Sequence record: PV029745.1
DNA length: 64,000 bases
Reading direction: 5' to 3' (one strand)
The notes under the pieces are model-generated. The model searched no databases. It had not been told where the DNA came from and worked only from the letters and a program-made list of their open reading frames with translations. How positions within the stretch are numbered: the stretch's first letter is position 1; each line of letters begins with the position of its first letter. Positions 27,410 through 37,214 of the stretch are shown here, in pieces. A program made the translations under genes and the position numbers.

Positions 27410-29035
27410 TTATTTCTCGTCAGACAGGAGGTCTTCAAGATCATCCAAGTGGTCTTTCAACTTACTGTAGATTTCCTTCGCACTCTTAATGTTCACAACT
27501 TTACTGAGTTGATCAGCGTATTGCGCAATCGCCGAAGAATACTCCTTCATGTGAGTGAGCATCGTGTCATCAAAACGATTGTCATCTTCAATAAAGGAAG
27601 AATGCAAATTGCGAAGACCTTGAATGGCCGTCACTGGATCGATGGTGTTATTTTTAACACAATCCCGAACATGCGCCTTGACGATAGAGAATACCCAGTC
27701 TCGTTCCTTCTTATCTTTGATAGAAGAGAAAACAATAGTCAGCGGAGAACGGAAATACTCACCCCGGCGAATACTATCTGCCGAAAGTGCCGCAATCTTC
27801 ATCGATTTTACATTGCCTCCTTCCTTATTAATTTTATTTGCGGTTTCACTAATACGCTGAGCCTCTTCAACAAGAAGTTGTGCAATAGAAGGACCAGAGA
27901 ATTCACGATGGATAGCAGCACGCGCTTCTTCCTCTGGGGAAAGTTTACCACTCGTGAAAGCAGTAGAGATCCGATCAAGTGTATGTGTATTCTCTTCTAC
28001 ATGTTTGTCATTATCGTTATTATCACTCTCTGCATAGTAGAGATCAGTGAGACCTGGGTTTTGCAGATATGACGAACTTTTCACTGTTTCATGTTCGAAC
28101 CCAGTATTGATCCGATTACCACCACGGAAAATAGAAGGCACGGAACGAAGGCGAGTTTCAGCAATGAAATCATCACCGAGTTGGTTCGTTTTCTGGGAGG
28201 GCGCGTAACTAATCGGACCTTTCGAAGTATACTGACCAACGATGTACGGGTTATCGTGTTTGATTTCCTTTTTCTCCATTCGACCAGTAGAGATCAACCA
28301 ATCTTCAAACAGCATCCCATTCATCTGGCCGGCTTCACAGCAACGTTTATAGAAGTTAATATATTTCCCATAAACGATAGCTCGTTCATCGAGAGCTTTG
28401 CTATAATTGGAATTAAGGAAGTTCAGTACTTCCCCAACAGTTGGGATCTTGTTCGAAGGCAGGTTTCGAATATCCAGATCAATAGCTACTTTAACTGCCA
28501 GTTCTTTAACGAACTTGCCGTTGTACCCAATGAAATCCATGCGATGTTCTGTAGGTATAACGCTGGCGATGAAGTCAGTAATGGCTTCGGCAAGATTAAT
28601 GTCAATATTCTTGTCTTTGGATTGCATCTCACTATTCTCCACTTTGTCAATAAGTTCGTCGTATTTACCGGACTGAGCCAACATGATACCTTCGCGTTGT
28701 CTCTCGTAATACCAGTCTTCAAAAAGAATACCAGTATTACTTTTCTGATATGTTTCTTTAAATATACTGAAATTTTCAGACATCGCTTTAACGCGATCAG
28801 AAACAGTATTAAGGAACTGAATACGGATGTGATTATTAATAACGTCCGTGGGTGCATGAAAATCCGGAAGGGTTTTCAAAATCTCATCGAACATGGCTTT
28901 AACAAATTTCGGGTTATGTATCACGAAAAGATCCGTGTTAATTCGACCCATCGTTTCCTCGAAGAAACGTCTGAGCGAATTATTGACAACAGCAAGTTTA
29001 TAAGAAGACGTGCTGTTCAATGCTTTATTTATCAT
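27410..29035 (-). CDS. Hypothetical protein with a tandemly duplicated N-terminal domain
   Basis: 541 aa; HNPKFVKAM/YNGKFVKEL and GILFEDW/GMLFEDW repeats. Confidence 0.7.
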   Translation of the reverse strand: MINKALNSTSSYKLAVVNNSLRRFFEETMGRINTDLFVIHNPKFVKAMFDEILKTLPDFHAPTDVINNHIRIQFLNTVSDRVKAMSENFSIFKETYQKSNTGILFEDWYYERQREGIMLAQSGKYDELIDKVENSEMQSKDKNIDINLAEAITDFIASVIPTEHRMDFIGYNGKFVKELAVKVAIDLDIRNLPSNKIPTVGEVLNFLNSNYSKALDERAIVYGKYINFYKRCCEAGQMNGMLFEDWLISTGRMEKKEIKHDNPYIVGQYTSKGPISYAPSQKTNQLGDDFIAETRLRSVPSIFRGGNRINTGFEHETVKSSSYLQNPGLTDLYYAESDNNDNDKHVEENTHTLDRISTAFTSGKLSPEEEARAAIHREFSGPSIAQLLVEEAQRISETANKINKEGGNVKSMKIAALSADSIRRGEYFRSPLTIVFSSIKDKKERDWVFSIVKAHVRDCVKNNTIDPVTAIQGLRNLHSSFIEDDNRFDDTMLTHMKEYSSAIAQYADQLSKVVNIKSAKEIYSKLKDHLDDLEDLLSDEK

Positions 29036-29077
29036 TACAATTTCCTTTTCTTTGATTAGGGTGAATATATCAAAACT

Positions 29078-29101
29078 ATGATATAGATTTGAAATAATTT
29101 C
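29078..29101 (-). promoter_or_regulatory. Early-type promoter variant
   Basis: Minus strand AAATTATTTCAAATCTATATCATA, upstream of ATG29035. Confidence 0.6.
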
Positions 29102-29116
29102 TAATGGACGAAAACC

Positions 29117-30202
29117 ATGTACATGCTATTCCGGGACGCCCCAGCGCGGCGCTTAGGGCAAGCAGTTGACCCAAAGATCGTCTATCTCCGTAGGACGTAT
29201 CGGGAACTGATCAATGATGTAAAAACGTATTACCGTCGAGCCCCCAAAGCGGTTGGCTCGGCTAATATTTTCGCCAACATGATTCAACATTTTATCATCG
29301 ACTGGAAGATTGATGATGCCGCTTGGGCAAAGAAGGTTGAAGATCAGGCTAAAGGTTTATCACGCGTATTTGGTCTTACCTCAGCTATTAATAGAGGGAA
29401 GATTCATGAGAAGGGGATTACACTAGGTCCCAACTGTGAAGAAGTCGCTATTGCCAGTTATGAGAAGTTCGAGAAGGAGGGTCTCGGAAAGCGCTGGAGA
29501 GATCTGACTCCAGTTAAATATCTTTATCATACCCGGACAGACGTGAATCTTCCAATGATGAATAATACTACAGCTGGTAAAGGTTACGGTGTTATCACAG
29601 TTAACATTCCAATGCTGTTAGTTCAATATCGCTATTGGTTACGTTGGCAACAACAACGTGGTGTAGAACAACTAGAGAATGCCTATCGCTTCGTTGGGAG
29701 TATCATCCTCCCCAACATGGTAGAGAGCTATTTAGATGTTGCTTACTTCAATAGGTTATCTCGACAAGCACAGGGTATCAAATGTTTGAATTTCCCTGTA
29801 TCTCATCCTTTCTATCTAACTGACATGACTCCACGGGTTGATAAGCTCGTAGAGAATGTAAACTTTGAGAACTCTATTAAAGGCATAGAGCTGGAAGGTC
29901 TAGCTTGGATTACTCCTGCTATTGTTAAGACTAATCTTTTCGAAGTTATGGAGATTCCTCGGGAACCTATCACGTATCAAAACGAATGGGCTTACACTTT
30001 AGCACGTCTACCGTACATTAAGTATCTAGTAACCATGCTTAAGAAGAACCCAGGTTACGACCGTTCCCAGATGAACGAAGTATTAATCGATCTGATTGAC
30101 GCTACCAACGACCAAGTCTTCAAAACTGCTGGTAATACCGAAATGGTTAAAGCGCTACGTCGTGATGTAGCTATCCTAATTGAAGAAATGAAAAAAACAT
30201 AA
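29117..30202 (+). CDS. Conserved phiKZ-like protein (gp52-like by synteny)
   Basis: 361 aa + strand gene between the chmA block and DNA polymerase, with its own terminator. Confidence 0.65.
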   Translation: MYMLFRDAPARRLGQAVDPKIVYLRRTYRELINDVKTYYRRAPKAVGSANIFANMIQHFIIDWKIDDAAWAKKVEDQAKGLSRVFGLTSAINRGKIHEKGITLGPNCEEVAIASYEKFEKEGLGKRWRDLTPVKYLYHTRTDVNLPMMNNTTAGKGYGVITVNIPMLLVQYRYWLRWQQQRGVEQLENAYRFVGSIILPNMVESYLDVAYFNRLSRQAQGIKCLNFPVSHPFYLTDMTPRVDKLVENVNFENSIKGIELEGLAWITPAIVKTNLFEVMEIPREPITYQNEWAYTLARLPYIKYLVTMLKKNPGYDRSQMNEVLIDLIDATNDQVFKTAGNTEMVKALRRDVAILIEEMKKT

Positions 30203-30207
30203 TAAAC

Positions 30208-30231
30208 AGCCCCTACCCGAAGGTAGGGGCT
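30208..30231. terminator. Bidirectional terminator
   Basis: AGCCCCTACC-CGAA-GGTAGGGGCT then TTATGTCG; identical to the hairpin at 40980. Confidence 0.85.
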
Positions 30232-30239
30232 TTATGTCG

Positions 30240-30662
30240 TTATTTGAATTGTTCCAAGAGTTTATCGTAGAATTCTTGATTCTTCTTCTTAGTCGCCTCA
30301 GCGCGAAGACCGACCAGTTCTTTCTTCAGTACTTTAGCCTTGAGGAACTGATAACCAGAATACCAATTGATATCTTTAGATGGAACGTCTTCACACTCAG
30401 CATATACATCCGACAACAAACGAATGTAACGCTGATTACGAATACTGTTCTTTACAGTTTCGGCTTTTAGGTTAGGGTACTTAGCGATCAGCTTATCCCA
30501 TACATCTTTCTTTATCGAAATAGAGATGTGCTGTGGGTCGATCTGCCGTCTAACTGATACAGCTAGTGCAGCCATACCAGTCACAACGAAGTCATTAGAA
30601 GATAAATTGTAATGACTCTTAACCCTGAGTAGTGGACCATGGACCTTTGGGTTATGGATCAT
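30240..30662 (-). CDS. Hypothetical basic protein
   Basis: 140 aa ORF within an operon. Confidence 0.6.
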   Translation of the reverse strand: MIHNPKVHGPLLRVKSHYNLSSNDFVVTGMAALAVSVRRQIDPQHISISIKKDVWDKLIAKYPNLKAETVKNSIRNQRYIRLLSDVYAECEDVPSKDINWYSGYQFLKAKVLKKELVGLRAEATKKKNQEFYDKLLEQFK

Positions 30663-30704
30663 ATTAACCTCGACATAAAGCCCAGCTTAAGCTGGGCGTT
30701 TAAG

Positions 30705-31874
30705 TTAAACCTGTTCACCGTCCTGTGCAGAGACTTCCTCAACAGGTTTCAGGGGTTTACTATCAGCACGCTCTTGGAACTTATCCAGGAGACGTTTCTG
30801 ATACTCAGGGATAGCCTCACCGGAAACAGTTTCAACGAAAGAACTCAGGGTATGGTTCTTGAGGATCTCACGTTTAATACCATCTTGGGTCTGAGTTTGA
30901 ATCTGACTCAGCTTAGCCAAAATAGATCCACCCATCAAAGCTTTCACCATACCGGACTTACAGTTGGTGATATGCTTGGAACGCTTGGCACCTTTCTTTT
31001 TCTTACGGCGGGTACGCATGCGGGATTCGATCGAATCGATTTCGGTCGGCTCAGCTTCAACAGTTTCCATTTTGCTCAGGTGTTGTTCCAGAAGGTCAGT
31101 AGACATTGCAGATTCAGTATCAGTAGATTCCAACATGATGTTGTTATGTCCTAGTTCACGAAGTTTATTGTACATGTAGAGACGGCTATTCGTTTTGGGA
31201 ATGTCGTCCAATACAGGAGAGGAAATGATTTGGAGTTCGCCCGGTTTGAAGCCCTTGGTGAAAACGTCGTTTATACTCAACCATTCAGGAGGAGTAACGA
31301 TACCATCGAACTTTGGCATTTCATTACATTCGGTATCGTAGGTGGGTATCTTTTTCATAAGTACCTCATGTCGTGTACCAGGTAGTTCACCGTTTTTGCT
31401 GATCAGGTTATTGTACTGGGTCCATAGTCTTTGGCTTTGCGAAGTTGTCGATCTTGTACCATGCAATACCCAGCTACGACGAACAAGGGTCATACCAGCC
31501 CAAAGAGTTTCTAGTTGATCCTTAGAGAGTTCTTCATGTTCTTTCATGAAGTTAGCGATAAGATCATCTAATTCTTGGAGTTCATCCGGTAGATATCCTG
31601 CAAGTGTATAACCCGAGTAAGAATCTGTAATCAGTTTGCCTTCCGGAGCGAATGCCTGACGTAGAGCAACATCAAAATGGCAGTACATGTTGTAATCCAA
31701 CAGTAATGCTTGTTCCATATAGGGGTAGTCTAAGCCAAGTGTACAGATCTTTGCGAAACGGCTAGCTCCAGGTTGAGCAATCTCACCACATAGATTACCA
31801 TCCAGTACATTGTAAGTACCGAAAGGAAAAGATACAACTTCTTTATTTTGCGTTGGATTGGAATTATACATCAT
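30705..31874 (-). CDS. Hypothetical protein
   Basis: 389 aa; basic patch RMRTRRKKKKGAKRSK and a GFKPGEL segment. Confidence 0.65.
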   Translation of the reverse strand: MMYNSNPTQNKEVVSFPFGTYNVLDGNLCGEIAQPGASRFAKICTLGLDYPYMEQALLLDYNMYCHFDVALRQAFAPEGKLITDSYSGYTLAGYLPDELQELDDLIANFMKEHEELSKDQLETLWAGMTLVRRSWVLHGTRSTTSQSQRLWTQYNNLISKNGELPGTRHEVLMKKIPTYDTECNEMPKFDGIVTPPEWLSINDVFTKGFKPGELQIISSPVLDDIPKTNSRLYMYNKLRELGHNNIMLESTDTESAMSTDLLEQHLSKMETVEAEPTEIDSIESRMRTRRKKKKGAKRSKHITNCKSGMVKALMGGSILAKLSQIQTQTQDGIKREILKNHTLSSFVETVSGEAIPEYQKRLLDKFQERADSKPLKPVEEVSAQDGEQV

Positions 31875-31903
31875 ATTTTCTCATCTGTGGATTTACGACA
31901 TAA

Positions 31904-31923
31904 AGGAGTCCCGAAGGACTCCT
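31904..31923 (-). terminator. Intrinsic terminator
   Basis: AGGAGTCC-CGAA-GGACTCCT preceded by CGACATAAA (TTTATGTCG on the minus strand). Confidence 0.8.
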
Positions 31924-31928
31924 CTGGT

Positions 31929-32093
31929 TTAAAGTTTTCCAATGTAATCAATAATGATCGGTCCCTTGAACTCAATACCACTACGGACTATGCGGTCGTT
32001 ACATGGTTGCTTGGCTGTAACGATAACCACATCTTTATTAAACGTGAATTTACGCATACGTTCATAGATCATTTTCAATTCAGGATCGCTCAT
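31929..32093 (-). CDS. 54-aa hypothetical protein missing from the ORF track
   Basis: Translated by hand: MSDPELKMIYERMRKFTFNKDVVIVTAKQPCNDRIVRSGIEFKGPIIIDYIGKL; GAGGTG RBS right after the polymerase stop. Confidence 0.65.
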   Translation of the reverse strand: MSDPELKMIYERMRKFTFNKDVVIVTAKQPCNDRIVRSGIEFKGPIIIDYIGKL

Positions 32094-32103
32094 TATTCAC
32101 CTC

Positions 32104-34254
32104 TTAATAGAAATCGGAAATCAAACGAGTGTTACCTTTATCGATCAGGAAGATACCCAAAGATTCAAAGATCAGATAGAAGACACCCATCGTGTTGGAG
32201 ATGATCGTACGAACATCCGCTACACGTGTGATCTCATCTGGGATACCACGGTTTTCTACAACAGACATTGGAACATGGAAGTTGGTAATACCAGTCTTCT
32301 TATTTTCCATAGCCCAGCGTTTTAGACGCATGGCCAAGCCTTTATCTTCGATGGATTCAACCCATTCGTTAAAACGGGTTCTGTTGTCCACCGTTACAGA
32401 AATCTTTACGAAACTATAAGGTGGTTCTTCAATCTCACCAAAGGATGGACTGCATACTTCTTTCCAGAAAGTATGTTTGGCATAAGTGGCATTATCTTCA
32501 GATTTGTATGCATCTATTTTCTTACACTTACCAGTGGTAAGATATTCAGCTTTACCAGAACGTACAGATGCGATAATGTCTCTTTCCAGATCTGCTACTT
32601 CTTTCAACATTGCTGGTAGATCTAAAGGTGTTTCAGCTTTAATGGATTTAATAATATCATCCATCATTCGCTTAGCGGTCTTGTTAATCTTCGGTGGAAC
32701 TTTAGAATCTCGAAGGCCGACACCTTTAACTTCCATACGTGCTTTAGCAAACATAACACCCTCTTGTGCATCTTGAGACGCGTAGTAGTGTTTTGAACGT
32801 GTGGTCAGGGAAAGTACCGCGAAGTAATATTCGTTCTTCATAGCGAGCAGGCGGAGCTTCTCTTTCGATACGCCCATGTTAGCCGATTGAATCGCTAGAA
32901 TGTGTGCTACAACACACGATACTAAGAATACCAACGCAAACACTAGACGCTTGGCTTCGTCAGTGAAAGTGATCTTACCAAAGAACTCTTCTACCCAATA
33001 CTGCATCGTGAACATGGTCGAGTCTGTATCGGAAATAACAGCTGCACGACGATAAGCAGTTGGGAAAGCATGAATGCTGGAAGGAACATTCTTGGTCAGC
33101 AATAGTGCATCAATAAGACGCTTGTATTTCCACAGCGTATCAGAGATGTTCTTACCTGTTGCATAGATCTTGTCGAATACTTCAGGAGACTCTTTACTCA
33201 GCTTGTCGTAGTTACGACCTTTAACCAAGTCAAAGCAGATGAAGTTAGCCAACAGTTGGAGGTCACCATCGTAAGTGTTGTAAACTTCTTTGGTAACCTT
33301 TTGTTCATCGGTACCTACTTTAGCAAGCTCAGTCAGGAAACCGCGAATCAAAGTTTTGTTATGTTTGTAAGTATGATACAGATCACCTACGTACATAACA
33401 GCAGCACGTTGTAGTGGTGTGAAGCCAGTAACCAACATCCGAATCTGTTCGGTGTAGTCACGGTTCTGCCAATAGTGCGCAGTCGAATACAGAACCATCT
33501 CAACCACTTCTTCCGGAGTCGGATAGTGCATGTTGAAATGTTCGATGCAATCTTTCAGCTTCTTCATGTCGGTGTTGTTAGCAATCGACAGAAGATTAGC
33601 CTTGGTGATTTCCGGACTATAATAGTGACGGTTACCGGTGATGAACTTCTCGTTGTTAGCGTTAGCATACGAGGTTGCTGTACGGCAGGTCGATGTCAAA
33701 CTGGAGTGAGTCGACTTGTAATACAGAATTGTTGCAGCTGATACGGTTGCTCCACTATAGGAGTTATTGTTAATTTTGAAGTTCTCTTGTTCGCCTTTAC
33801 GAACCTGGGCAAGTTCTGCTGCTTCAGGAGTACCTTCACCTTCCAGCCGCATTTGTTCTTTCTTTACACGTTTACGGTTAGCAACACCTTCAGCAATATA
33901 CTGCGAGTGTGTAGACTGTCGCTGCGATTCTGGGAGATACACCGTCATACTCGGCGACAGCAAAAGATTCTGTTTTTCTACGCGTCCAAGAAAACCCATA
34001 AAAGTGGTTTCTTTAAGACTACGGTCACCATGGGGGTTTTTATCAACCACCAGGGTTTTTGGATTATTCAAGGCAAATTGACCTTGAGGACGAGATTGTT
34101 CTTTTACAAACTCCAGACAGGTTTCAAAATCATCTCCCGTCATTGCCGAGATATAAAGAGCCTGATCATTGAGGTATCCTTCAATGATGTTCAAGTCACG
34201 GGCATATTCATCGACCGGGAGAATGAACGGGTTAGGCATACTGCACTGGTTCAT
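32104..34254 (-). CDS. Family B DNA polymerase, catalytic (polymerase) subunit of the split enzyme (phiKZ gp50-like)
   Basis: 716 aa; motif B KINNNSYSG, motif C ISDTDS, and KGVGL; no N-terminal exonuclease domain. Confidence 0.9.
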   Translation of the reverse strand: MNQCSMPNPFILPVDEYARDLNIIEGYLNDQALYISAMTGDDFETCLEFVKEQSRPQGQFALNNPKTLVVDKNPHGDRSLKETTFMGFLGRVEKQNLLLSPSMTVYLPESQRQSTHSQYIAEGVANRKRVKKEQMRLEGEGTPEAAELAQVRKGEQENFKINNNSYSGATVSAATILYYKSTHSSLTSTCRTATSYANANNEKFITGNRHYYSPEITKANLLSIANNTDMKKLKDCIEHFNMHYPTPEEVVEMVLYSTAHYWQNRDYTEQIRMLVTGFTPLQRAAVMYVGDLYHTYKHNKTLIRGFLTELAKVGTDEQKVTKEVYNTYDGDLQLLANFICFDLVKGRNYDKLSKESPEVFDKIYATGKNISDTLWKYKRLIDALLLTKNVPSSIHAFPTAYRRAAVISDTDSTMFTMQYWVEEFFGKITFTDEAKRLVFALVFLVSCVVAHILAIQSANMGVSKEKLRLLAMKNEYYFAVLSLTTRSKHYYASQDAQEGVMFAKARMEVKGVGLRDSKVPPKINKTAKRMMDDIIKSIKAETPLDLPAMLKEVADLERDIIASVRSGKAEYLTTGKCKKIDAYKSEDNATYAKHTFWKEVCSPSFGEIEEPPYSFVKISVTVDNRTRFNEWVESIEDKGLAMRLKRWAMENKKTGITNFHVPMSVVENRGIPDEITRVADVRTIISNTMGVFYLIFESLGIFLIDKGNTRLISDFY

Positions 34255-34410
34255 ATTTCCTCTCTTAAAATTTGATCTTTCAAGAGATGGCTACGCTAAA
34301 ACGGAAAAAAATTAGGACACCCAATGGATGTCCAAAGATTGAGCGGTAGCACATCAAATTACTTTCACATATTGATGTGCCACAAGGTAAAAGTTCGCGA
34401 CGACATATAT

Positions 34411-34428
34411 GCCCTCCGAGTGGAGGGC
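34411..34428 (-). terminator. Hairpin terminator
   Basis: GCCCTCC-GAGT-GGAGGGC with a TATGTCG tail on the minus strand. Confidence 0.6.
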
Positions 34429-34435
34429 ACTATGT

Positions 34436-34843
34436 TTATTCCAAGACAACTGAATCTGGAACTTCGTTATTCATCTTGCAAGCTTCGATGATTCGTTCCA
34501 AACGTCGTTGATCGATATTCTGGAATACTAAGGTAGCTTTCTGACCGTTGTTGACGACCACGCTTCCTTCACGAATCCATGGAATACCAATATACTGGTG
34601 CTGCCCACCTTCAAATTCAACGCGTACATAACTGTACTGCGATGGATCGTTTGGTGTACCCGCTGGGAGAGTCGGATACACGTTTTGGTGAGCGGCGATT
34701 AAATCGAAACCCAGGATACGTACAAGATTTGCGTCTAGGAATGCGGCCAGTGTTACATTCTTAAAGTTGTTTCCGTATTGTGCAGACGGATAAACTTCAA
34801 AACTGATTTTCTGGCCAATTGCTACGTCACGAATGGATGGCAT
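34436..34843 (-). CDS. Conserved small beta-rich protein (phiKZ gp49-like by synteny)
   Basis: 135 aa, GGAG RBS, upstream of the polymerase. Confidence 0.65.
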   Translation of the reverse strand: MPSIRDVAIGQKISFEVYPSAQYGNNFKNVTLAAFLDANLVRILGFDLIAAHQNVYPTLPAGTPNDPSQYSYVRVEFEGGQHQYIGIPWIREGSVVVNNGQKATLVFQNIDQRRLERIIEACKMNNEVPDSVVLE

Positions 34844-34866
34844 GATTGACTCCGTTGAACTGATTG

Positions 34867-35292
34867 TTAAGCACTCATAGGTTTGCGCGAAACCACGAAT
34901 GCAAACGATCCATTCATATCAATCGGCCACATTGACAGAACGTCTAATAACGGGTTATTCAGTGTAAACTCTTTAAAGACTTTATACATCTCAACCACGT
35001 TGATATCATCGTCGTCTAACAGATCGTCCGTAGCGCCGGCTGATTCGAGAATATGTATCCCGAAATTGTTCATTACTTCTCGTTGAAAATAGAACAGAAC
35101 GCGCTTACGGATTTGATCAACCGGCAACTTAATATCTTTACCTACAGTTGCAGCTAATTCGTCTTCCAGGGAATCGTCTACTTCCTTTTTATCCCGCTCG
35201 TCCATCCAACGATCCTGATAGAACCGCAATCCGAATCTCTCTGCATACTGAGCTCCTGCAATTGTACCAGCTATGACAAGATCATGTATCAT
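34867..35292 (-). CDS. Hypothetical acidic protein
   Basis: 141 aa, overlaps the upstream gene. Confidence 0.6.
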   Translation of the reverse strand: MIHDLVIAGTIAGAQYAERFGLRFYQDRWMDERDKKEVDDSLEDELAATVGKDIKLPVDQIRKRVLFYFQREVMNNFGIHILESAGATDDLLDDDDINVVEMYKVFKEFTLNNPLLDVLSMWPIDMNGSFAFVVSRKPMSA

Positions 35293-36076
35293 CGTTCAAT
35301 CCCAACCCGATTTGTTCTTTAGTTACGCTAAGGGGTGAATTAATTGTACGCAAATATGACTCACGATCCTCTGGCGGCAGCATTGCAAGCTGTAGCTCCT
35401 GTTCACGTTCAAGACGAGCTTGTTCGCGATACGGATTGTCATTAGGATTGTAAGGTTCACGTACATGTGGACCATCGGCCGGATCATCTGTGTATGGAGC
35501 GTCAGGATTGTCACCGACCAGAACATAATAGCTGTCGTACTGACCAACAGCAAAGTTCTCTATCTTATCGATTAAACAACCATTATTTTCCAAATCAGCG
35601 ATCGCTGGTTGAAGACATTCTCCGAGCATTCCCGTTGTCTCTGCAAACTTAGCTTCAAGATAAAGCATAGTTGTAGAGTCATTAATAAGATCATTCTTAA
35701 TGCTCGGGAAATATTCTTCTACGTAGTGTACAAAACCTACGTTTTCCTTAGCTGGGGCAGTTAGGATATATTCGACGTGTTTGTTAACACAGTCTTGCAT
35801 GAGTGCAATAACAGAATCTTCTTCTGCTACATGATCGTCTTCGTTTTTTGGTACATGTGTCTGTAACATCTTGTTCCGGACAACATCTGTCATCTGAACA
35901 ATCTGACGATCAATCACTTTAGAGTTGATCATGATCCCGCAAGTACGGGGACCAGCAGATTCTTGGATATGTGTTGGGGTGATGTACTGGGTGCGATTAG
36001 CTACTGCCATAATATCGACAGTGCCATCCGGATTGAAGATGTCGGGTATCGCTCGATGCATTTCTTGGACATTCAT
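35282..36076 (-). CDS. Hypothetical acidic protein
   Basis: 264 aa, GGAGG RBS. Confidence 0.65.
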   Translation of the reverse strand: MNVQEMHRAIPDIFNPDGTVDIMAVANRTQYITPTHIQESAGPRTCGIMINSKVIDRQIVQMTDVVRNKMLQTHVPKNEDDHVAEEDSVIALMQDCVNKHVEYILTAPAKENVGFVHYVEEYFPSIKNDLINDSTTMLYLEAKFAETTGMLGECLQPAIADLENNGCLIDKIENFAVGQYDSYYVLVGDNPDAPYTDDPADGPHVREPYNPNDNPYREQARLEREQELQLAMLPPEDRESYLRTINSPLSVTKEQIGLGLNDDT

Positions 36077-36504
36077 TTAGGGGCCTCCATGGAGATCACC
36101 ATTATTGAGAGTTTGTATTTGTCATAACCTACTATGTTCACAGTAGAAATTATCTCTGATTTTGACTGGAACGAACGTAGGGTAGATACCATATCGTCCT
36201 TATAGGCATTTACACAGACATCCATCAATTCTCGAAAACGGAGGCGCCAATCGACAGCTTCACCATCGTCGTTAATTGTCTTTATGATGTCCTGACCATC
36301 AAAATCTTCACTAATAAGAGATAAATAAGAATCCTCCAGATAGAGCTCATAATAGCCATCCCAGCTCGGTAGGTTTAAGTGCCCGACGTACTGCCGAACA
36401 CAGTCGGCAAAGTAAGCCAGCACACGCTTAACTAGAAGCGCGTTTTCTTCCTTTACCAACTGGTCGGTTAAAGTCTTCGATTCGAAAACCAGTAACGATC
36501 GCAT
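36073..36504 (-). CDS. Hypothetical protein
   Basis: Start moved to ATG36504; GGAG 8-11 nt upstream. Confidence 0.55.
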   Translation of the reverse strand: MRSLLVFESKTLTDQLVKEENALLVKRVLAYFADCVRQYVGHLNLPSWDGYYELYLEDSYLSLISEDFDGQDIIKTINDDGEAVDWRLRFRELMDVCVNAYKDDMVSTLRSFQSKSEIISTVNIVGYDKYKLSIMVISMEAPK

Positions 36505-36865
36505 GCTGTTGCCACTTACTCCCATAGTACTCTAGCAGAAATCTAGCAGCTGTTCCTTTAAACATTATCGGGAATATACTAACAATTCCTCGTGGTAATG
36601 CTTTCAGAAATATGATCGCGTGCTCTAGAAACAACTCCTGATATCGTTCCGCTAGTTTACCGTTATAACTAAAATTTGGTATGGTAACATCCTTTGGTAT
36701 TACCTCTGGATTTTCATTTAACGCTTTAGATACACTAAGTACCCAAGTTATAACGTCATCCCATACTCCTCCTGGACCGTAGCCCTTGAACTCTTTCTTC
36801 TTGTAGATCACTCGATGTAATCTTTCAAGCTCGTTGTAATTAGGGAAGAATATTCCCAGGTCCAT
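36428..36865 (-). CDS. Hypothetical protein
   Basis: Start moved to ATG36865; 3' end overlaps the next gene by about 77 nt. Confidence 0.55.
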   Translation of the reverse strand: MDLGIFFPNYNELERLHRVIYKKKEFKGYGPGGVWDDVITWVLSVSKALNENPEVIPKDVTIPNFSYNGKLAERYQELFLEHAIIFLKALPRGIVSIFPIMFKGTAARFLLEYYGSKWQQHAIVTGFRIEDFNRPVGKGRKRASS

Positions 36866-37214
36866 TGAGAAGACTAGGGACGCGGGTGGCGATAACATAC
36901 ACTGCATCTCCATAAGTTCTTAAGTAACGAAGTTCAATGGTGTCGGTTGGAAGGTATGATATTATCTCTTTTATTTGTCGTCGGATTGTCCTAACGATAC
37001 ATTTACCAATATCTGAATCCATAAAAACTTCAGTGATAATTGCATCGTCATCGAGATCAGTTCCGTGACCTATATCAGCCTCAGCCATCAATATAGCTAA
37101 TGAGTTGATATCGGATACCGTGAAGCCAACCAAATCTGCCCATGCTTCTATTTGCCGACTACGAGGTCCATAAAGAACATCCATGGATAGCCTCACGAAT
37201 ATCGTCTCACGCAA
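36840..37214 (-). CDS. Hypothetical protein
   Basis: 124 aa ORF within an operon; start uncertain. Confidence 0.55.
   Translation of the reverse strand: MRETIFVRLSMDVLYGPRSRQIEAWADLVGFTVSDINSLAILMAEADIGHGTDLDDDAIITEVFMDSDIGKCIVRTIRRQIKEIISYLPTDTIELRYLRTYGDAVYVIATRVPSLLNGPGNILP

Noticed and set aside
32104-34254. Intein or truncation in the DNA polymerase
   Set aside because: No intein splice motifs; lack of the exonuclease domain is normal for the split phiKZ-type polymerase
36428-36525. Overlap between ORFs 36073-36525 and 36428-36913 as a frameshift
   Set aside because: The downstream ORF has its own ATG with a GGAG upstream, and no slippery site was seen; ordinary overlap
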